Counted from the first letter of the stretch, positions 29,631 through 40,045 are shown. The stretch is 64,000 bases of DNA from a bacterium (GCA_963674965.2 CAXXFL010000001.1:1344001-1408000), one strand, 5' to 3'. The notes: a model not told the origin generated them from the letters alone. Translations and numbers: made by a program.

Positions 29631-32327
29631 ATGCCCGGAAAGAAAAAAACCGCGAACGAGGGAAAGAGACTGTACCTGGTCGACGCCTCGAGCTACGCTT
29701 TTCGCGCTTACCACGCCACGGCGCGGCAGGCCCTTTCCAACTCGAAGGGCCATCCCACCGGCGCCACTTTGACCTTTACCAACATGCTGCTCAAGCTGAT
29801 CAGGGAGGAGAAGCCCACCCACCTGGTGGTCGTGTGGGACTCGAAGGGCAAGACCTTCCGCCACGAGATGTACGACCTATACAAGGCCAACAGGGCCGAG
29901 ACGCCTCCTGACCTTGGCCCCCAGATCGCGGACATGATCGGGATTTCCCGGGCCTTCAGTCTTCCCTCCCTCCAGGTCGAGGGGTTCGAGGCCGATGATA
30001 TAATTGGCACACTCGCTCGGCGGGCGACCGAGGAGGGCGTGGAGACGGTGATCGTCTCGGGGGACAAGGACCTGACTCAACTGGTCTCGCCCATGGTCAC
30101 CATGCTCGACACGCTCAAGGACGTCCGCTATGACGAGGAGGCGGTCAAGGAGAAATGGGGCGTCGAGCCCGGCCGGGTCATCGAGGTGATGGGTTTGATG
30201 GGCGACTCGTCGGACAACGTTCCTGGCGTTCCCAAGGTGGGGGAGAAGACGGCCAGGAAGCTGATCGAGGAGTTCGGGACCCTCGAGGCAACCCTGGCTC
30301 GGGCCGATGAGGTCAAGGGCAAGGTGGGCGAAAACCTGAAGGAGTACGCCGACCAGGCCCGTCTTTCCCGTGAGCTTGTGACCATCGACGTAAACATGGA
30401 CCTCGATTTCAACTGGGACGACTTTGTTCCCGGCGAGCCCGACCGGGAGGAGTTGGCCTCTATATTTACCGAGCTCGAGTTCACGCGGCTCATGTCCGAG
30501 TTCGGCGAGCAAAAGCAAAAAATCGACGTGGATAACTACGAGACCATCAAGGACCTGGTCCGGCTGAAGGAGTTTCTCGAGTCGGCGAGAAAAGCGGGCA
30601 AGCTGGCGGTGGACACGGAGACCACCTCGATCGAGGCCGCGTCGGCCGACCTGGTGGGCGTGAGCATGGCCGTCGAGCCTGGCCGGGCGGTTTACGTTCC
30701 CTTGGCCCACGAGGGCGACGGCTCGGAGGGACAGCTCGAGTGGGACAAGGTCAGGGACGTCCTGGCCCCTGTGCTTGGGGGCATGGAGGTCGAGAAGATC
30801 GGGCAGAACCTGAAGTACGATTACCAGGTTTTTAAAAGGGCCGGGCTCGAGCTCGGGCGGATCGGCTTCGACACCATGGTGGCCAGCTACGTGCTGAATC
30901 CTCGCCGCCGGGTCCACAACCTGGACGAGCTGGCCTCCGAGCGTCTGGGGCACCGTACCGTCAAGTACGAGGACCTTTGCGGGAAGGGCAAGTCTCAAAT
31001 CCCTTTCGCCCTCGTGCCGGTCAAGGACGCCACGCGCTACGCGGGGGAGGACGCCGACGTAACTCTTCGTCTGTATCTTGGGTTCGAGCCGGAGCTTAAG
31101 GACGAGCCAAGGTGGGTCTTCGAGAACGTCGAGATGCCGCTGGTCCCGGTCCTTGCCCGCATGGAGAGCGCGGGGGTCAAGGTTAACGCGGGAAGGCTGG
31201 CCCAGATGTCGGCCAAGTTCGACCGCAAGATCAAGGACCTTCGGTCCCGGGTGCTCGAGATGGCCGACGCCGACTTCAACCTGGACTCGCCCAAACAGCT
31301 CTCGGAGGTGCTCTTCAACAAAATGGGACTGCCGGCGGGCAAGAAGACCAAGACTGGCTACTCGACCAACGAGGAGGTCCTGACCAAGCTGGCGGAGGAA
31401 CACGAGATCGCCTCTCTCGTGCTCGAGTACAGGGGCCTTACCAAGCTCAAGAGCACCTATACGGACGCCCTGGCCAAGCTGATCAATCCCGTCACCGGCA
31501 GGATACACACCAGCTATAACCAGACCGTGACCAGCACTGGGCGGCTAAGCTCATCGGACCCCAATCTGCAGAACATCCCGGTCAGGCAGGGGGAGGGCAA
31601 GCTCATCCGGGAGGCCTTCGTGGGTGAGGGCGACAACCTGATCATGGCGGCGGACTATTCCCAGATCGAGCTTCGGATCATGGCCCATATCTCGGAGGAG
31701 CCGGCCCTTCTCGAGAGCTTCGAAAAGGGTGAGGACATTCATCTCAGGACGGCCTCGGAGATATTCGGGGCCAGGCCCGAGGACGTGACCGCCGACATGC
31801 GCCGCCACGCCAAGGTGATAAATTTCGGCATCCTATACGGGATGAGCGCCCACGGTCTCACGCGCCAGCTCGACGTGGACCACAAGGAGGCCCAGGCCTA
31901 TATCGACGCTTATTTCGGCCGGTATCCGCTGGTGAGAAAATACATGGACGACGTGGTGGAAAAGGCCCGGTCTCAGGGTTACGTAACCACCATCAAAGGC
32001 CGGCGTCTTCCCCTTCCCGAGATCGACTCGAGGAACGCCATGGTCAGGGCGGCGGCGGAAAGGGAGGCCATCAACGCCCCGCTTCAGGGCTCGGCGGCGG
32101 ACATAATCAAGCTGGCCATGATCGACGTGGACCGGGCCATGCTCGAGGACGGCTATAAGTCCAAGATGATCATGCAGGTCCACGACGAGCTCGTCTTCGA
32201 GGTTGTTCCCTCCGAGCTTGACGCTTTGCGGGAGATGGTAATCGAGAAGATGGAGAAGGCGGTCGAGCTGAAGGTCGCCCTGAAAGTCGACGTGGCCCAC
32301 GGCGGGTCATGGGCGGAGGCCCATTAA
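29631..32327 (+). CDS. polA: DNA polymerase I
   Basis: 5'-3' exonuclease (EADD, GDSSDN), 3'-5' exonuclease (DTET), polymerase motifs ADYSQIELR, KVINFGILYG, QVHDE. Confidence 0.98.
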   Translation: MPGKKKTANEGKRLYLVDASSYAFRAYHATARQALSNSKGHPTGATLTFTNMLLKLIREEKPTHLVVVWDSKGKTFRHEMYDLYKANRAETPPDLGPQIADMIGISRAFSLPSLQVEGFEADDIIGTLARRATEEGVETVIVSGDKDLTQLVSPMVTMLDTLKDVRYDEEAVKEKWGVEPGRVIEVMGLMGDSSDNVPGVPKVGEKTARKLIEEFGTLEATLARADEVKGKVGENLKEYADQARLSRELVTIDVNMDLDFNWDDFVPGEPDREELASIFTELEFTRLMSEFGEQKQKIDVDNYETIKDLVRLKEFLESARKAGKLAVDTETTSIEAASADLVGVSMAVEPGRAVYVPLAHEGDGSEGQLEWDKVRDVLAPVLGGMEVEKIGQNLKYDYQVFKRAGLELGRIGFDTMVASYVLNPRRRVHNLDELASERLGHRTVKYEDLCGKGKSQIPFALVPVKDATRYAGEDADVTLRLYLGFEPELKDEPRWVFENVEMPLVPVLARMESAGVKVNAGRLAQMSAKFDRKIKDLRSRVLEMADADFNLDSPKQLSEVLFNKMGLPAGKKTKTGYSTNEEVLTKLAEEHEIASLVLEYRGLTKLKSTYTDALAKLINPVTGRIHTSYNQTVTSTGRLSSSDPNLQNIPVRQGEGKLIREAFVGEGDNLIMAADYSQIELRIMAHISEEPALLESFEKGEDIHLRTASEIFGARPEDVTADMRRHAKVINFGILYGMSAHGLTRQLDVDHKEAQAYIDAYFGRYPLVRKYMDDVVEKARSQGYVTTIKGRRLPLPEIDSRNAMVRAAAEREAINAPLQGSAADIIKLAMIDVDRAMLEDGYKSKMIMQVHDELVFEVVPSELDALREMVIEKMEKAVELKVALKVDVAHGGSWAEAH

Positions 32328-32328
32328 C

Positions 32329-33309
32329 ATGGACGTGAAAAGGGTGGCGGCCATCGACGTGGGGGCCACGCACGCGTCGGCCGGCGTCGTGGACTCGCGG
32401 GGAGGGATCGAGCTTAGACGCGAGGTCCCCAGCAAGGGGGAAGGACCGCCTTTAAAGGAAAGGATTTTCCGACTGGCGGCCGAGCTTATCGAGGAGTCCG
32501 GGTCAACCCTCGAGGGGATAGCGGTGGGAGCGCCCGGCATCGTGGACTCGGAAAAGGGCGTCCTGGTAGCGGCGGGCAACCTGCCCGAGCTTTTCGGCTG
32601 TCCCCTCGGCCCCGAGATGGAAAGCGAGTTCGGGCTGCCGGTCACGGTCGAGAACGACGTGAACGCCCAAGCCATGGCCGAGATGCTTTTCGGCGTGGCG
32701 CGCGGCGTCAAGACCTTCGTCATGTTTTCCATCGGCACCGACCTGGGAGGCGGCATAGTCATCGACGGAAGACTGCATCGCGGGGCCCACCACGTGGCGG
32801 CCGAGTTCGGACACCTGACCCTCGAGCTGGACGGTCCTCCCTGCGTGTGCGGCGGCCAGGGCTGCGCCAGGAGGTACGTCTCCGGCGCCGGGATCGCGGA
32901 GGAGGCAAAACGGGTCTTGCCTGGGGACTCCCTGGCGGTGATGAAGGCCGAGGGCGGCCGCGAGGGGCTGACCGGCAAGGACGTTTTCGAGGCGGCCAGG
33001 AGGGGCGACGGGCCCGCGTCCGCGCTGGTAACCGAGTTCGCCCGCCGCTTCGGCGCGGTGGTGGCGGACGTGATGAAGGTCATAGACCCGGAACTCATCG
33101 TGATGGCGGGCCAGATATGCCGGCGCGAGCCCGAGATAATCTCCGAGGTGGTGAAGTGGACCCGCCATTATTACTTCCCCATGCCGGGGCTGCCCGACTT
33201 CAGGATTTCCGAGCTGACCAAGGAAACGGCCGCGCTGGGACCGGCCGCCGTGTTTTTCAGCGAGAGAGGAATCCAGGCGGGCCCGCCCAAAGCCCTCCGA
33301 AAGGATTGA
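32329..33309 (+). CDS. ROK-family sugar kinase (glucose/GlcNAc/ManNAc kinase-like)
   Basis: IDVGAT, ENDVN, EFGH...CVCGGQGC zinc motif; no HTH; adjacent to nagA. Confidence 0.88.
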   Translation: MDVKRVAAIDVGATHASAGVVDSRGGIELRREVPSKGEGPPLKERIFRLAAELIEESGSTLEGIAVGAPGIVDSEKGVLVAAGNLPELFGCPLGPEMESEFGLPVTVENDVNAQAMAEMLFGVARGVKTFVMFSIGTDLGGGIVIDGRLHRGAHHVAAEFGHLTLELDGPPCVCGGQGCARRYVSGAGIAEEAKRVLPGDSLAVMKAEGGREGLTGKDVFEAARRGDGPASALVTEFARRFGAVVADVMKVIDPELIVMAGQICRREPEIISEVVKWTRHYYFPMPGLPDFRISELTKETAALGPAAVFFSERGIQAGPPKALRKD

Positions 33310-33312
33310 GTC

Positions 33313-34443
33313 TTGTCGAGAATCCATATAGCCGGATGCCGCCTGGTCCTGCCCGACCGCGTCGAGCGGGAATCGTCCATTACCATTCGGGGAGACCTAA
33401 TCGAGTCCATTGGCGGTAAAGCGCCCGCGGACGCCGAGCTGATCGAGGCAAAAAACAAGTACGTCCTTCCCGGCTTGATCGACGTTCACGGCCACGGCCG
33501 GCTGGCCCTGCCCAACCCGGAAACGGCCGCTCGGGACCTTGAAAAGGACCGGCTGGAAATGATCGCCTCGGGCGTGACCCGGTTCCTGGTGACCTTCGCC
33601 TCGGCGCCACTCGAGAACTGGATGAGGACCATCGAGGTCCTCGAGCCGCTGATCGGCTCGGCAAGCTCCGGCGCCCGGCCCATGGGGTTCCATTTAGAGG
33701 GAGTTTTTCTTAACCCCGCGGCCGCTGGGGCACAGCCGCCGGGATGGATCAAGCCCTTTGACGTCCGTGACCCGGAGCAGGAAAAGCTGTTTCGAGACTA
33801 CGCCGGACGCGTCAGGATACAGACCCTGGCGCCCGAGGTCCCGGGCAACGAGAAACTGGCCGAGCTTTGCCTCGAAAAGGGCATAGTCCCATCGCTGGGC
33901 CACTCGGCCGCGTCTCCCTCCCAGGTTAAGCGCTTCGCGGACATGGGGGTCATCCACGCCACCCACCTGTTTAACGGCATGAAGGTAATGGACCACCGCG
34001 ACCCGGGCCCGGCCATCGGGGCCTTGATGGACGACCGGATGAGCGTGGACTTCATCTGCGACGGCTTCCACGTGCATCCCGAGGTCATTCCTCTTATCCA
34101 CAAGATGAAGGCCCCGGACAAGCGGATACTGATCACCGACTCGGTTACCATCCAACTGCCGGGGGCCCAGGCCGGAGGGCCGGACGAGCCCAACCGGCTC
34201 CCAGACGGACGGCTGGCGGGTTCGAGGCTCAGGCTTCATTCCGCCATCGGAAAATATAAGGCGTTCACCGGGTGTTCCCTCCCCGAGGCAACGGCCATGG
34301 CCAGCCTGAATCCGGCGCGTCTTTTAGGCATGGATATGGAACTCGGCAGTCTCGAGCCGGGAAAAACGGCCGACTTCTGGATTTCCGGCGAGGACCTCGA
34401 GCCCGAGGCCGTGTATATCGCGGGAGAACGGCAGCCTTTATAA
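33313..34443 (+). CDS. nagA: N-acetylglucosamine-6-phosphate deacetylase
   Basis: PGLIDVHGHG, HLEG, LAPE, GHS, THLFNGM, DGFHV, ITD, LAGS motifs. Confidence 0.9.
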   Translation: MSRIHIAGCRLVLPDRVERESSITIRGDLIESIGGKAPADAELIEAKNKYVLPGLIDVHGHGRLALPNPETAARDLEKDRLEMIASGVTRFLVTFASAPLENWMRTIEVLEPLIGSASSGARPMGFHLEGVFLNPAAAGAQPPGWIKPFDVRDPEQEKLFRDYAGRVRIQTLAPEVPGNEKLAELCLEKGIVPSLGHSAASPSQVKRFADMGVIHATHLFNGMKVMDHRDPGPAIGALMDDRMSVDFICDGFHVHPEVIPLIHKMKAPDKRILITDSVTIQLPGAQAGGPDEPNRLPDGRLAGSRLRLHSAIGKYKAFTGCSLPEATAMASLNPARLLGMDMELGSLEPGKTADFWISGEDLEPEAVYIAGERQPL

Positions 34444-34470
34444 AAAAAAGAGGGGCCTATATGGCCCCTC
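34442..34470 (-). terminator. Rho-independent terminator between convergent genes
   Basis: gaggggcc-tatat-ggcccctc hairpin (34450-34470) with an 8-A run at 34442-34449, giving a U-tract on the minus strand. Confidence 0.8.
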
Positions 34471-34490
34471 GATTTTCACCTCGAAAAAAA

Positions 34491-36764
34491 TCAGGGATCG
34501 TCCGCGATGATGGTAACCAGCGGCGTCTTGGCAATCCCGGGAGAATAACGGCCGTTGGTCCCCGTCCCGCATCCCGGCAGGGCCGCGTTGACCTTGATGG
34601 TCCCGGCCGCCGTCACCTTGAGAACGACCGTCGACCGGCCTCCCGCGGCGATGGACCCCGAGACGTCGTATCGGCCGCTGGACCCTCCGTTCCCTTCGCC
34701 GCCCATGATGATGGCGCTTCCCGACGAGCCCGCCCCGTCTATCTCGAAGATCACGCCCTGGCTCGAGGTGTAATTGGGGTGATTGTTTTTCACCCCCACC
34801 GTTATACGGCAGGTCGAGCCGACTTCGGCCGCCGGGGTCAGGGACCCCAATACCTCGAGGTCCGTGGGAATGCTGGGGTTGGACGCGGTGTTGGAGAGGC
34901 CGACCATCTGCTTTAAGACGCTCACGTCAAGGGGAGAGATTATCTCGTCCATGTCCATTTCCTGGGAATCGCCGTTTGGCGGCAACACTCCAGTATATGA
35001 GGCCGACTTCAGGCTCACCCTGGTCTGAAGCGCGGAGAGGTCGAGAGGAGAGACAAGACCGTCCGCCGATACGGTGTTGCCCGAGTCGGCCCAACTGTAG
35101 CAACCGGTCCCGCCCGCGAGGTCGGTGGCCCATATGTCGCCGCCGTTCCAGTACTCGTGGGTGTTGGGGTTACCGTCCCCGTCGAAGTCGGCCAGCAGGC
35201 CGTCGTCCGCGTCCATGGGATCGAGGTTGCTGGTATGGCCAGTCGAGTTGTCCTGCTCGAAGCCGTCCGGAAGCCCGTCGCCGTCGCTGTCCCAGTCGAG
35301 GGGGTCGGTACCCAGGTCGTTATACTCCTCCCCGTCGTTAAGTCCGTCGTCGTCCGAGTCGGGGTCGGTGGGGCTGGTGCCGATCGAGTTCTCGACCGAG
35401 TCGTAAAGCCCGTCGCCGTCGGTGTCGGTCCCCACGCTGACGATGGCGCGGATGGCTATGTCGCCCCAGTCGTACTGGCCGGCGTCGAGGGCGTACCAGT
35501 ACCCGTCGGTACCACTATTGTTGAAAAAGGACTTGTTCGTTTCGTGCGGCGCGTCGTCGTCATAAGTGATGGTGTAGGAGTAACCGGGACAGTCGAACTC
35601 GACCACGATGGCGATGGTGTCGCCGTCGCTGACGGGTATGGGGGAATCGAGCTCGACGGCCCGGTAGCCGGCCCGGGGCATGCTTCCGGTTTGAGTGGTA
35701 TTGAGCTGGCCCGAGGGGTATCCGTCGTTCCAGTCGCTGAAAATTTTTATCGAGTAGGAGGTGGACGCGTTCCTGGTGTGCAGTCCCACGTGGGTGAGGT
35801 CGCCGTCGACGGTGACTGAATAAAGGACCGCCGCCCAGTCATGGTCGTCGTATCCCATGTAGGATAAGGGGTAGTAATCCTCGTATGTCAAAACGCGCGT
35901 CTCGCCGGCGGGGGTGAAATAATCGGAGTAAACCGAGGCCCTTGTTCCCATGGCGTAGGTGCCGTATGCCACGTAGAAATAGCCGTCATCTCCCCACCAG
36001 TCGCCCCAACTGTTTTTGACTATCCAGGCGCCGGTCCCACCCGCGTGGGCCATGTCGTCGTCGTAGCCCACGATGAGGACCGCGTGATTGGTGCTGGTAT
36101 AATTGGTGGCGTCGTAAAGGACCGTGTTGCCGGCGTAGACGTTGAACCCTGGCGCCGAGGCCCACATGCTGCAAATGACCGGGCCTATGTTGTACACGGC
36201 GTCCTTGATGGCGGCCTCGTCGGGGGTGTTTCCGTTGACGATCTGGAACTCTCCCAGGTACTTCTCGCCGTCGCAGTCCAGGCAGCTTCCCGAGGTGCAG
36301 GCCCCGTAGGGGTTGCAGGTCTCGAGGGCGGCGCCGAACTGGGAGTAGTGGAAGGCGGCGTTATACGCGTTTCCGCCGCTGTTGCAGTCCTTGCCCGAGG
36401 TGTTGCAATGGACGAGTTCCATCTCGGAGAAGTCCCAAATCCCCTCGCCGCCGATGCGGACGTTGGACTCGAGACTCCCGGTGGCGGCGAAGGCCCAGCA
36501 GCAACCATAAGGGCCCTGGCTCTTGACGGGGGTCACCCCATGGTGGTCGCGCCAGTCCCAGGCCGAGGGAGGCGTGTCCCTCGAGATCGGGCCCGTGACC
36601 AGGTCGCTGAAGTCCCGGGGAACGGGCAAATCGCCGAACTCGGACGGTATCATGGGGATATCCAGTTTCTCTATCCGGCCCGGCTCCTGGCCCATGGCGG
36701 AATGGGGAAGGCAAAAAAGCGCCGCCAAGGCGAGAAAGATAGCGCCAATCAAAAATCCTTTCAT
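34491..36764 (-). CDS. Secreted C1A papain-like cysteine peptidase with lectin-like, Asp-rich Ca-binding repeats and dockerin-like C-terminus
   Basis: Signal peptide from ATG 36764 (GGAGG RBS); WDWR, QGPYGCCWAF, NHAVLIVGY, KNSWG catalytic motifs; DTDGDGL/DSDDDGL/DSDGDGL repeats. Confidence 0.9.
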   Translation of the reverse strand: MKGFLIGAIFLALAALFCLPHSAMGQEPGRIEKLDIPMIPSEFGDLPVPRDFSDLVTGPISRDTPPSAWDWRDHHGVTPVKSQGPYGCCWAFAATGSLESNVRIGGEGIWDFSEMELVHCNTSGKDCNSGGNAYNAAFHYSQFGAALETCNPYGACTSGSCLDCDGEKYLGEFQIVNGNTPDEAAIKDAVYNIGPVICSMWASAPGFNVYAGNTVLYDATNYTSTNHAVLIVGYDDDMAHAGGTGAWIVKNSWGDWWGDDGYFYVAYGTYAMGTRASVYSDYFTPAGETRVLTYEDYYPLSYMGYDDHDWAAVLYSVTVDGDLTHVGLHTRNASTSYSIKIFSDWNDGYPSGQLNTTQTGSMPRAGYRAVELDSPIPVSDGDTIAIVVEFDCPGYSYTITYDDDAPHETNKSFFNNSGTDGYWYALDAGQYDWGDIAIRAIVSVGTDTDGDGLYDSVENSIGTSPTDPDSDDDGLNDGEEYNDLGTDPLDWDSDGDGLPDGFEQDNSTGHTSNLDPMDADDGLLADFDGDGNPNTHEYWNGGDIWATDLAGGTGCYSWADSGNTVSADGLVSPLDLSALQTRVSLKSASYTGVLPPNGDSQEMDMDEIISPLDVSVLKQMVGLSNTASNPSIPTDLEVLGSLTPAAEVGSTCRITVGVKNNHPNYTSSQGVIFEIDGAGSSGSAIIMGGEGNGGSSGRYDVSGSIAAGGRSTVVLKVTAAGTIKVNAALPGCGTGTNGRYSPGIAKTPLVTIIADDP

Positions 36765-37230
36765 CGGTTGTCCTCCAGTTTTGACCCGTCCGGGGCCCCA
36801 GGCCCCAACTTCAGAATCAGCCGCTCGGCGGGAAACAACAAGCGACTCGCCGCTTAAACGCGTTATAATTCCCTGAGAAGAGTACCATACCAAGATAGAC
36901 AACCGGCACGAAATATTCAAGACTTTTTTCGCGGCGGCTTCAGCCGGGCTCCTATCCCCGGTTTCGGCCCGCTCAAGCGGTGAACCATCAAGGCAAAGAC
37001 CATGAAGGATGATGAAAATAACAAACCCAAGAGCTTCGTGCAATATTCCTTTCCTTGGCGGCATAGCCGCTTTGGATTGCGGTCGATCGAGAGCGCTTTC
37101 GATGGCATTGGCTTGATAATGCCTAATAATACGACGGCTAGCCTCGCGTCAAGCCGCTCGGAAAAAAAGCGGCCTCGAGCCGCCGCGCTCCAAATCGGGA
37201 CTTTTACAAGAGGCCCCAAACCAGATAAAT

Positions 37231-38469
37231 TTACGGGCCATATAAAGGGACGCTGACGAAGCGGGGCCGGTAGATGGAGGAGTCATGGGCGAGCTTGACG
37301 AAATCGTTACTGTTCACGATGTAGCTCACAAGCAGCTCGCCTGGAGAAGACAGGGAAGGGTGGGCCTTGGCCGCGTAGGTGAAGTAACTCTCGTCCCTTG
37401 CTATTTCCTCGACTTTATAAATGGGCCTTGCTTTTGACCACGGGCCCTCGGGAGCGGCGGACTCACGAAGGAAGATATGAGACCCCAGGGCCGGCTCGCT
37501 GTAGACCATTATATAACTGGCCCCGCCCGACCCCCGAGCGACGGCGTCAACGCTCATCTCGCTGGCCACGTTTTCGACTATGACCTCGAGGTCTTCTCCC
37601 TCGGTTGACCAGCCGTCCCCATCCCAGAATTCCCATTGCCCGAAATCATCCAACTCGTAAGGCGAGGTCCTGGCCAGCAAAAGGTCCCTTACGTTCCCTT
37701 TTACCGCGGTAGCGTAAATGAAAACATGGTCCGACGTCCCTGGCTCGTAAAGCGCCGCGGCCCCCCAGTCGATCTCACGGCCGCCAATCTCGCGTGGAAG
37801 CTCGATGACCCGAGCGCGCCAGGATGGGGCCGGTCCCTCGAGGTTGTCGATCATGGCAACCGCGCCGCCCGCGCACTTGAAGCCCCAGACCGTGTCGTCG
37901 CCCTCCACCTTCTCGAGCCGTATCAGGAAAAGGGCCAACCCGTAACCGCCCGGCCCGGGCAAAACCGCGGCGCCGCCGGTGGGCCAGTACCAGGTTTTCC
38001 CGCCCGCGGCGGCGTGGCCGTTATCCGGCTCGATCCAGGCGGTCGGATTTCCTTCTTCGTCGGCGGGCCCCCACAAAAAGGTCACCTCCCCGGGGGAAGG
38101 AGGAACGCCCGGATGACGCGCATTATAAGGATGCACGGCGATCGAGTTGTTGACCATGCGGGCGTTCGTTCTCGCCCCGTCCTTGACCTCGCCAATAAAT
38201 GTATCGCCGAAAACCCAGAGGACCCGGTCGCCGGGGATGAGGAAGCTCGAGGCCACGTCCGCCCCGATCCAGCCGGATTCGTTAGCGAAAACCCGGTCCC
38301 ACCCCCGCGCCGGCCTCACTTGCTCCGGGGCCTGAAGCGAACTTCCTGAGATACCCGTACACGAGACCGAGACGAGAGTAAGAATAAACAAGAGAAGCGG
38401 TTGTCGGATGTATTTCATGGGAAAAATTTTCTCCCGCCACTTGTAGTTATTCGTTCCTTTTTTTACCAA
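37231..38469 (-). CDS. DUF4185/DUF5005-like beta-propeller lipoprotein (putative glycoside hydrolase)
   Basis: Lipobox-like LVSVSC; GWIGAD...LWVFGDTF; PEGPWS; YAAKAHP; YRPRF. Start may be the later Met (MKYIRQ). Confidence 0.65.
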   Translation of the reverse strand: MVKKGTNNYKWREKIFPMKYIRQPLLLFILTLVSVSCTGISGSSLQAPEQVRPARGWDRVFANESGWIGADVASSFLIPGDRVLWVFGDTFIGEVKDGARTNARMVNNSIAVHPYNARHPGVPPSPGEVTFLWGPADEEGNPTAWIEPDNGHAAAGGKTWYWPTGGAAVLPGPGGYGLALFLIRLEKVEGDDTVWGFKCAGGAVAMIDNLEGPAPSWRARVIELPREIGGREIDWGAAALYEPGTSDHVFIYATAVKGNVRDLLLARTSPYELDDFGQWEFWDGDGWSTEGEDLEVIVENVASEMSVDAVARGSGGASYIMVYSEPALGSHIFLRESAAPEGPWSKARPIYKVEEIARDESYFTYAAKAHPSLSSPGELLVSYIVNSNDFVKLAHDSSIYRPRFVSVPLYGP

Positions 38470-38859
38470 TCATTTCACGTTAAGGATCATTTCAAATTCT
38501 TTTTGATCGGGGATAAAAATTTTATAAGGGGAAGTAACTTCTGAGGCGGTAGTAGGAGAAATATATAACCTGCCGCATCTTTCACATTGATAGATTTCAA
38601 GACAACAACTCCTACAAGCTCTTGTTATAATATCCGACACGATTGAGTCATCACTTAGATCTAGATTCTCCCCTCTATAATATTCCGTGATCCATTCTTT
38701 ACGCTTTCCCTCTTTAGCAACCCTTATAAAGTCCGCGACTTGATCGGAAATCCATCCGTGGAATGCTTCCCAATGTTTATCTCTGATTATCATTCCTTTG
38801 TAAGGGAGGTTATCCGTTTGGTCGACGATAATGTGGCCACATCTGCATTTTATCTTCAT
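38470..38859 (-). CDS. Small AT-rich hypothetical protein with CxC and CxxC motifs
   Basis: 129 aa, MKIKCRCGH...YQCERCGR; AAGGA RBS. Confidence 0.7.
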   Translation of the reverse strand: MKIKCRCGHIIVDQTDNLPYKGMIIRDKHWEAFHGWISDQVADFIRVAKEGKRKEWITEYYRGENLDLSDDSIVSDIITRACRSCCLEIYQCERCGRLYISPTTASEVTSPYKIFIPDQKEFEMILNVK

Positions 38860-39212
38860 GGCAGTTTCCTTTTTTCAGTCAATGCCGCGCCATTAGTCCC
38901 GAATACTATTTATCTAATTGACAAATAATATTGAGGATTTTTCCGACTATATTACCGCGGCGGATGCATTGTCAAGTAAGGCTCACGCGGAATTTTGCCT
39001 TAACCCCTCGAATTTGAGCAAAAAAGAAGCGCGACATGCGTAAAAACCCCATGGCCGTCCCCATGTTTTTTATTGCCATATCTAAGAAAAAACCGAAAAG
39101 TCGGTTGACAAACGGCGTCAATGGTCTGACGAAAGCATCCGCCCCGGCCCGCCATTTATGTGACGCGGGAAGTTTCATACTAATTATCCGGTATTTACAA
39201 TCACGATCCTTT

Positions 39213-39228
39213 TGGCATATGCCTTGCT
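39213..39228 (+). promoter_or_regulatory. sigma54 -24/-12 promoter upstream of motA
   Basis: TGGCAT-ATGCC-TTGCT with GG and GC 12 nt apart. Confidence 0.8.
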
Positions 39229-39277
39229 CGGTAACTGATCGACAAGATTTTAATTTGAAACGGAGAGACGAGCCGAC

Positions 39278-40045
39278 ATGGACATTGCGACGATAGTAGG
39301 AATAATTGGGTGTTTCGCCATGGTGATCGTGGTCATCGTGATGGGCGGGTCGCCTCAGTCGTTCGTAAACGTACAGTCGATATTGATCGTGCTTGGGGGG
39401 ACCGTGGGCGCGACCTTGATCAACTTTCCTTTAAAGGAAGTGGTAAGCGTGTTCGCCGTGGTGAAAAACGCATTTTTATCGAGGGCCTCTGACCGCATCG
39501 AGATGATGGATACCATGGTCACGCTGGCTCGCCAGGCCAGGAAAGAGGGCATACTTTCCCTCGAGAACGACATCCAGAACGTGGGCGACAAATTCCTCGA
39601 GCGCGGCATTATGCTGGCCATAGACGGCCAGGAGCCGGAAACGGTCGAGCGCATCATGAGCCGGGAGATATCCAAGACCGAGCAGCGCCACGAGCTTGGG
39701 GCCGAGATATTCTCGGTCATGGGGGCCTTCGCTCCGGCCATGGGCATGATCGGCACCCTGATCGGTCTGGTCCAGATGCTCCGCACCATGGAAGACCCCT
39801 CCACCATCGGACCGGCCATGGCCATCGCTCTTTTAACCACGCTGTACGGCTCGATCATGGCCAACATGGTGTTTCTGCCCATCTCGGGAAAGCTTAAAAA
39901 CAGGTCCTCCGACGAGATTCTGGTCAAGCAGATGGTGCTCGAGGGAGTGCTCGCCATCCAGGTGGGCGACAACCCCATGATAGTAAGGGACAGGCTGATG
40001 CCATTCATATCGCCCAAGCTGCGCGAGAAGGACGAGGGTGAATGA
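39278..40045 (+). CDS. motA: Flagellar stator A subunit (MotA/PomA)
   Basis: ARKEGILSLE, APAMGMIGTLIGL, ALLTTLYG motifs. Confidence 0.95.
   Translation: MDIATIVGIIGCFAMVIVVIVMGGSPQSFVNVQSILIVLGGTVGATLINFPLKEVVSVFAVVKNAFLSRASDRIEMMDTMVTLARQARKEGILSLENDIQNVGDKFLERGIMLAIDGQEPETVERIMSREISKTEQRHELGAEIFSVMGAFAPAMGMIGTLIGLVQMLRTMEDPSTIGPAMAIALLTTLYGSIMANMVFLPISGKLKNRSSDEILVKQMVLEGVLAIQVGDNPMIVRDRLMPFISPKLREKDEGE

Noticed and set aside
35170-35430. gtcgccgtc-type DNA repeats
   Set aside because: Explained by the DxDGDG peptide repeats of the protease.
34491-37064. 857-aa version of the protease ORF
   Set aside because: The signal peptide and GGAGG RBS indicate a start at 36764; the upstream 100 codons look non-coding.
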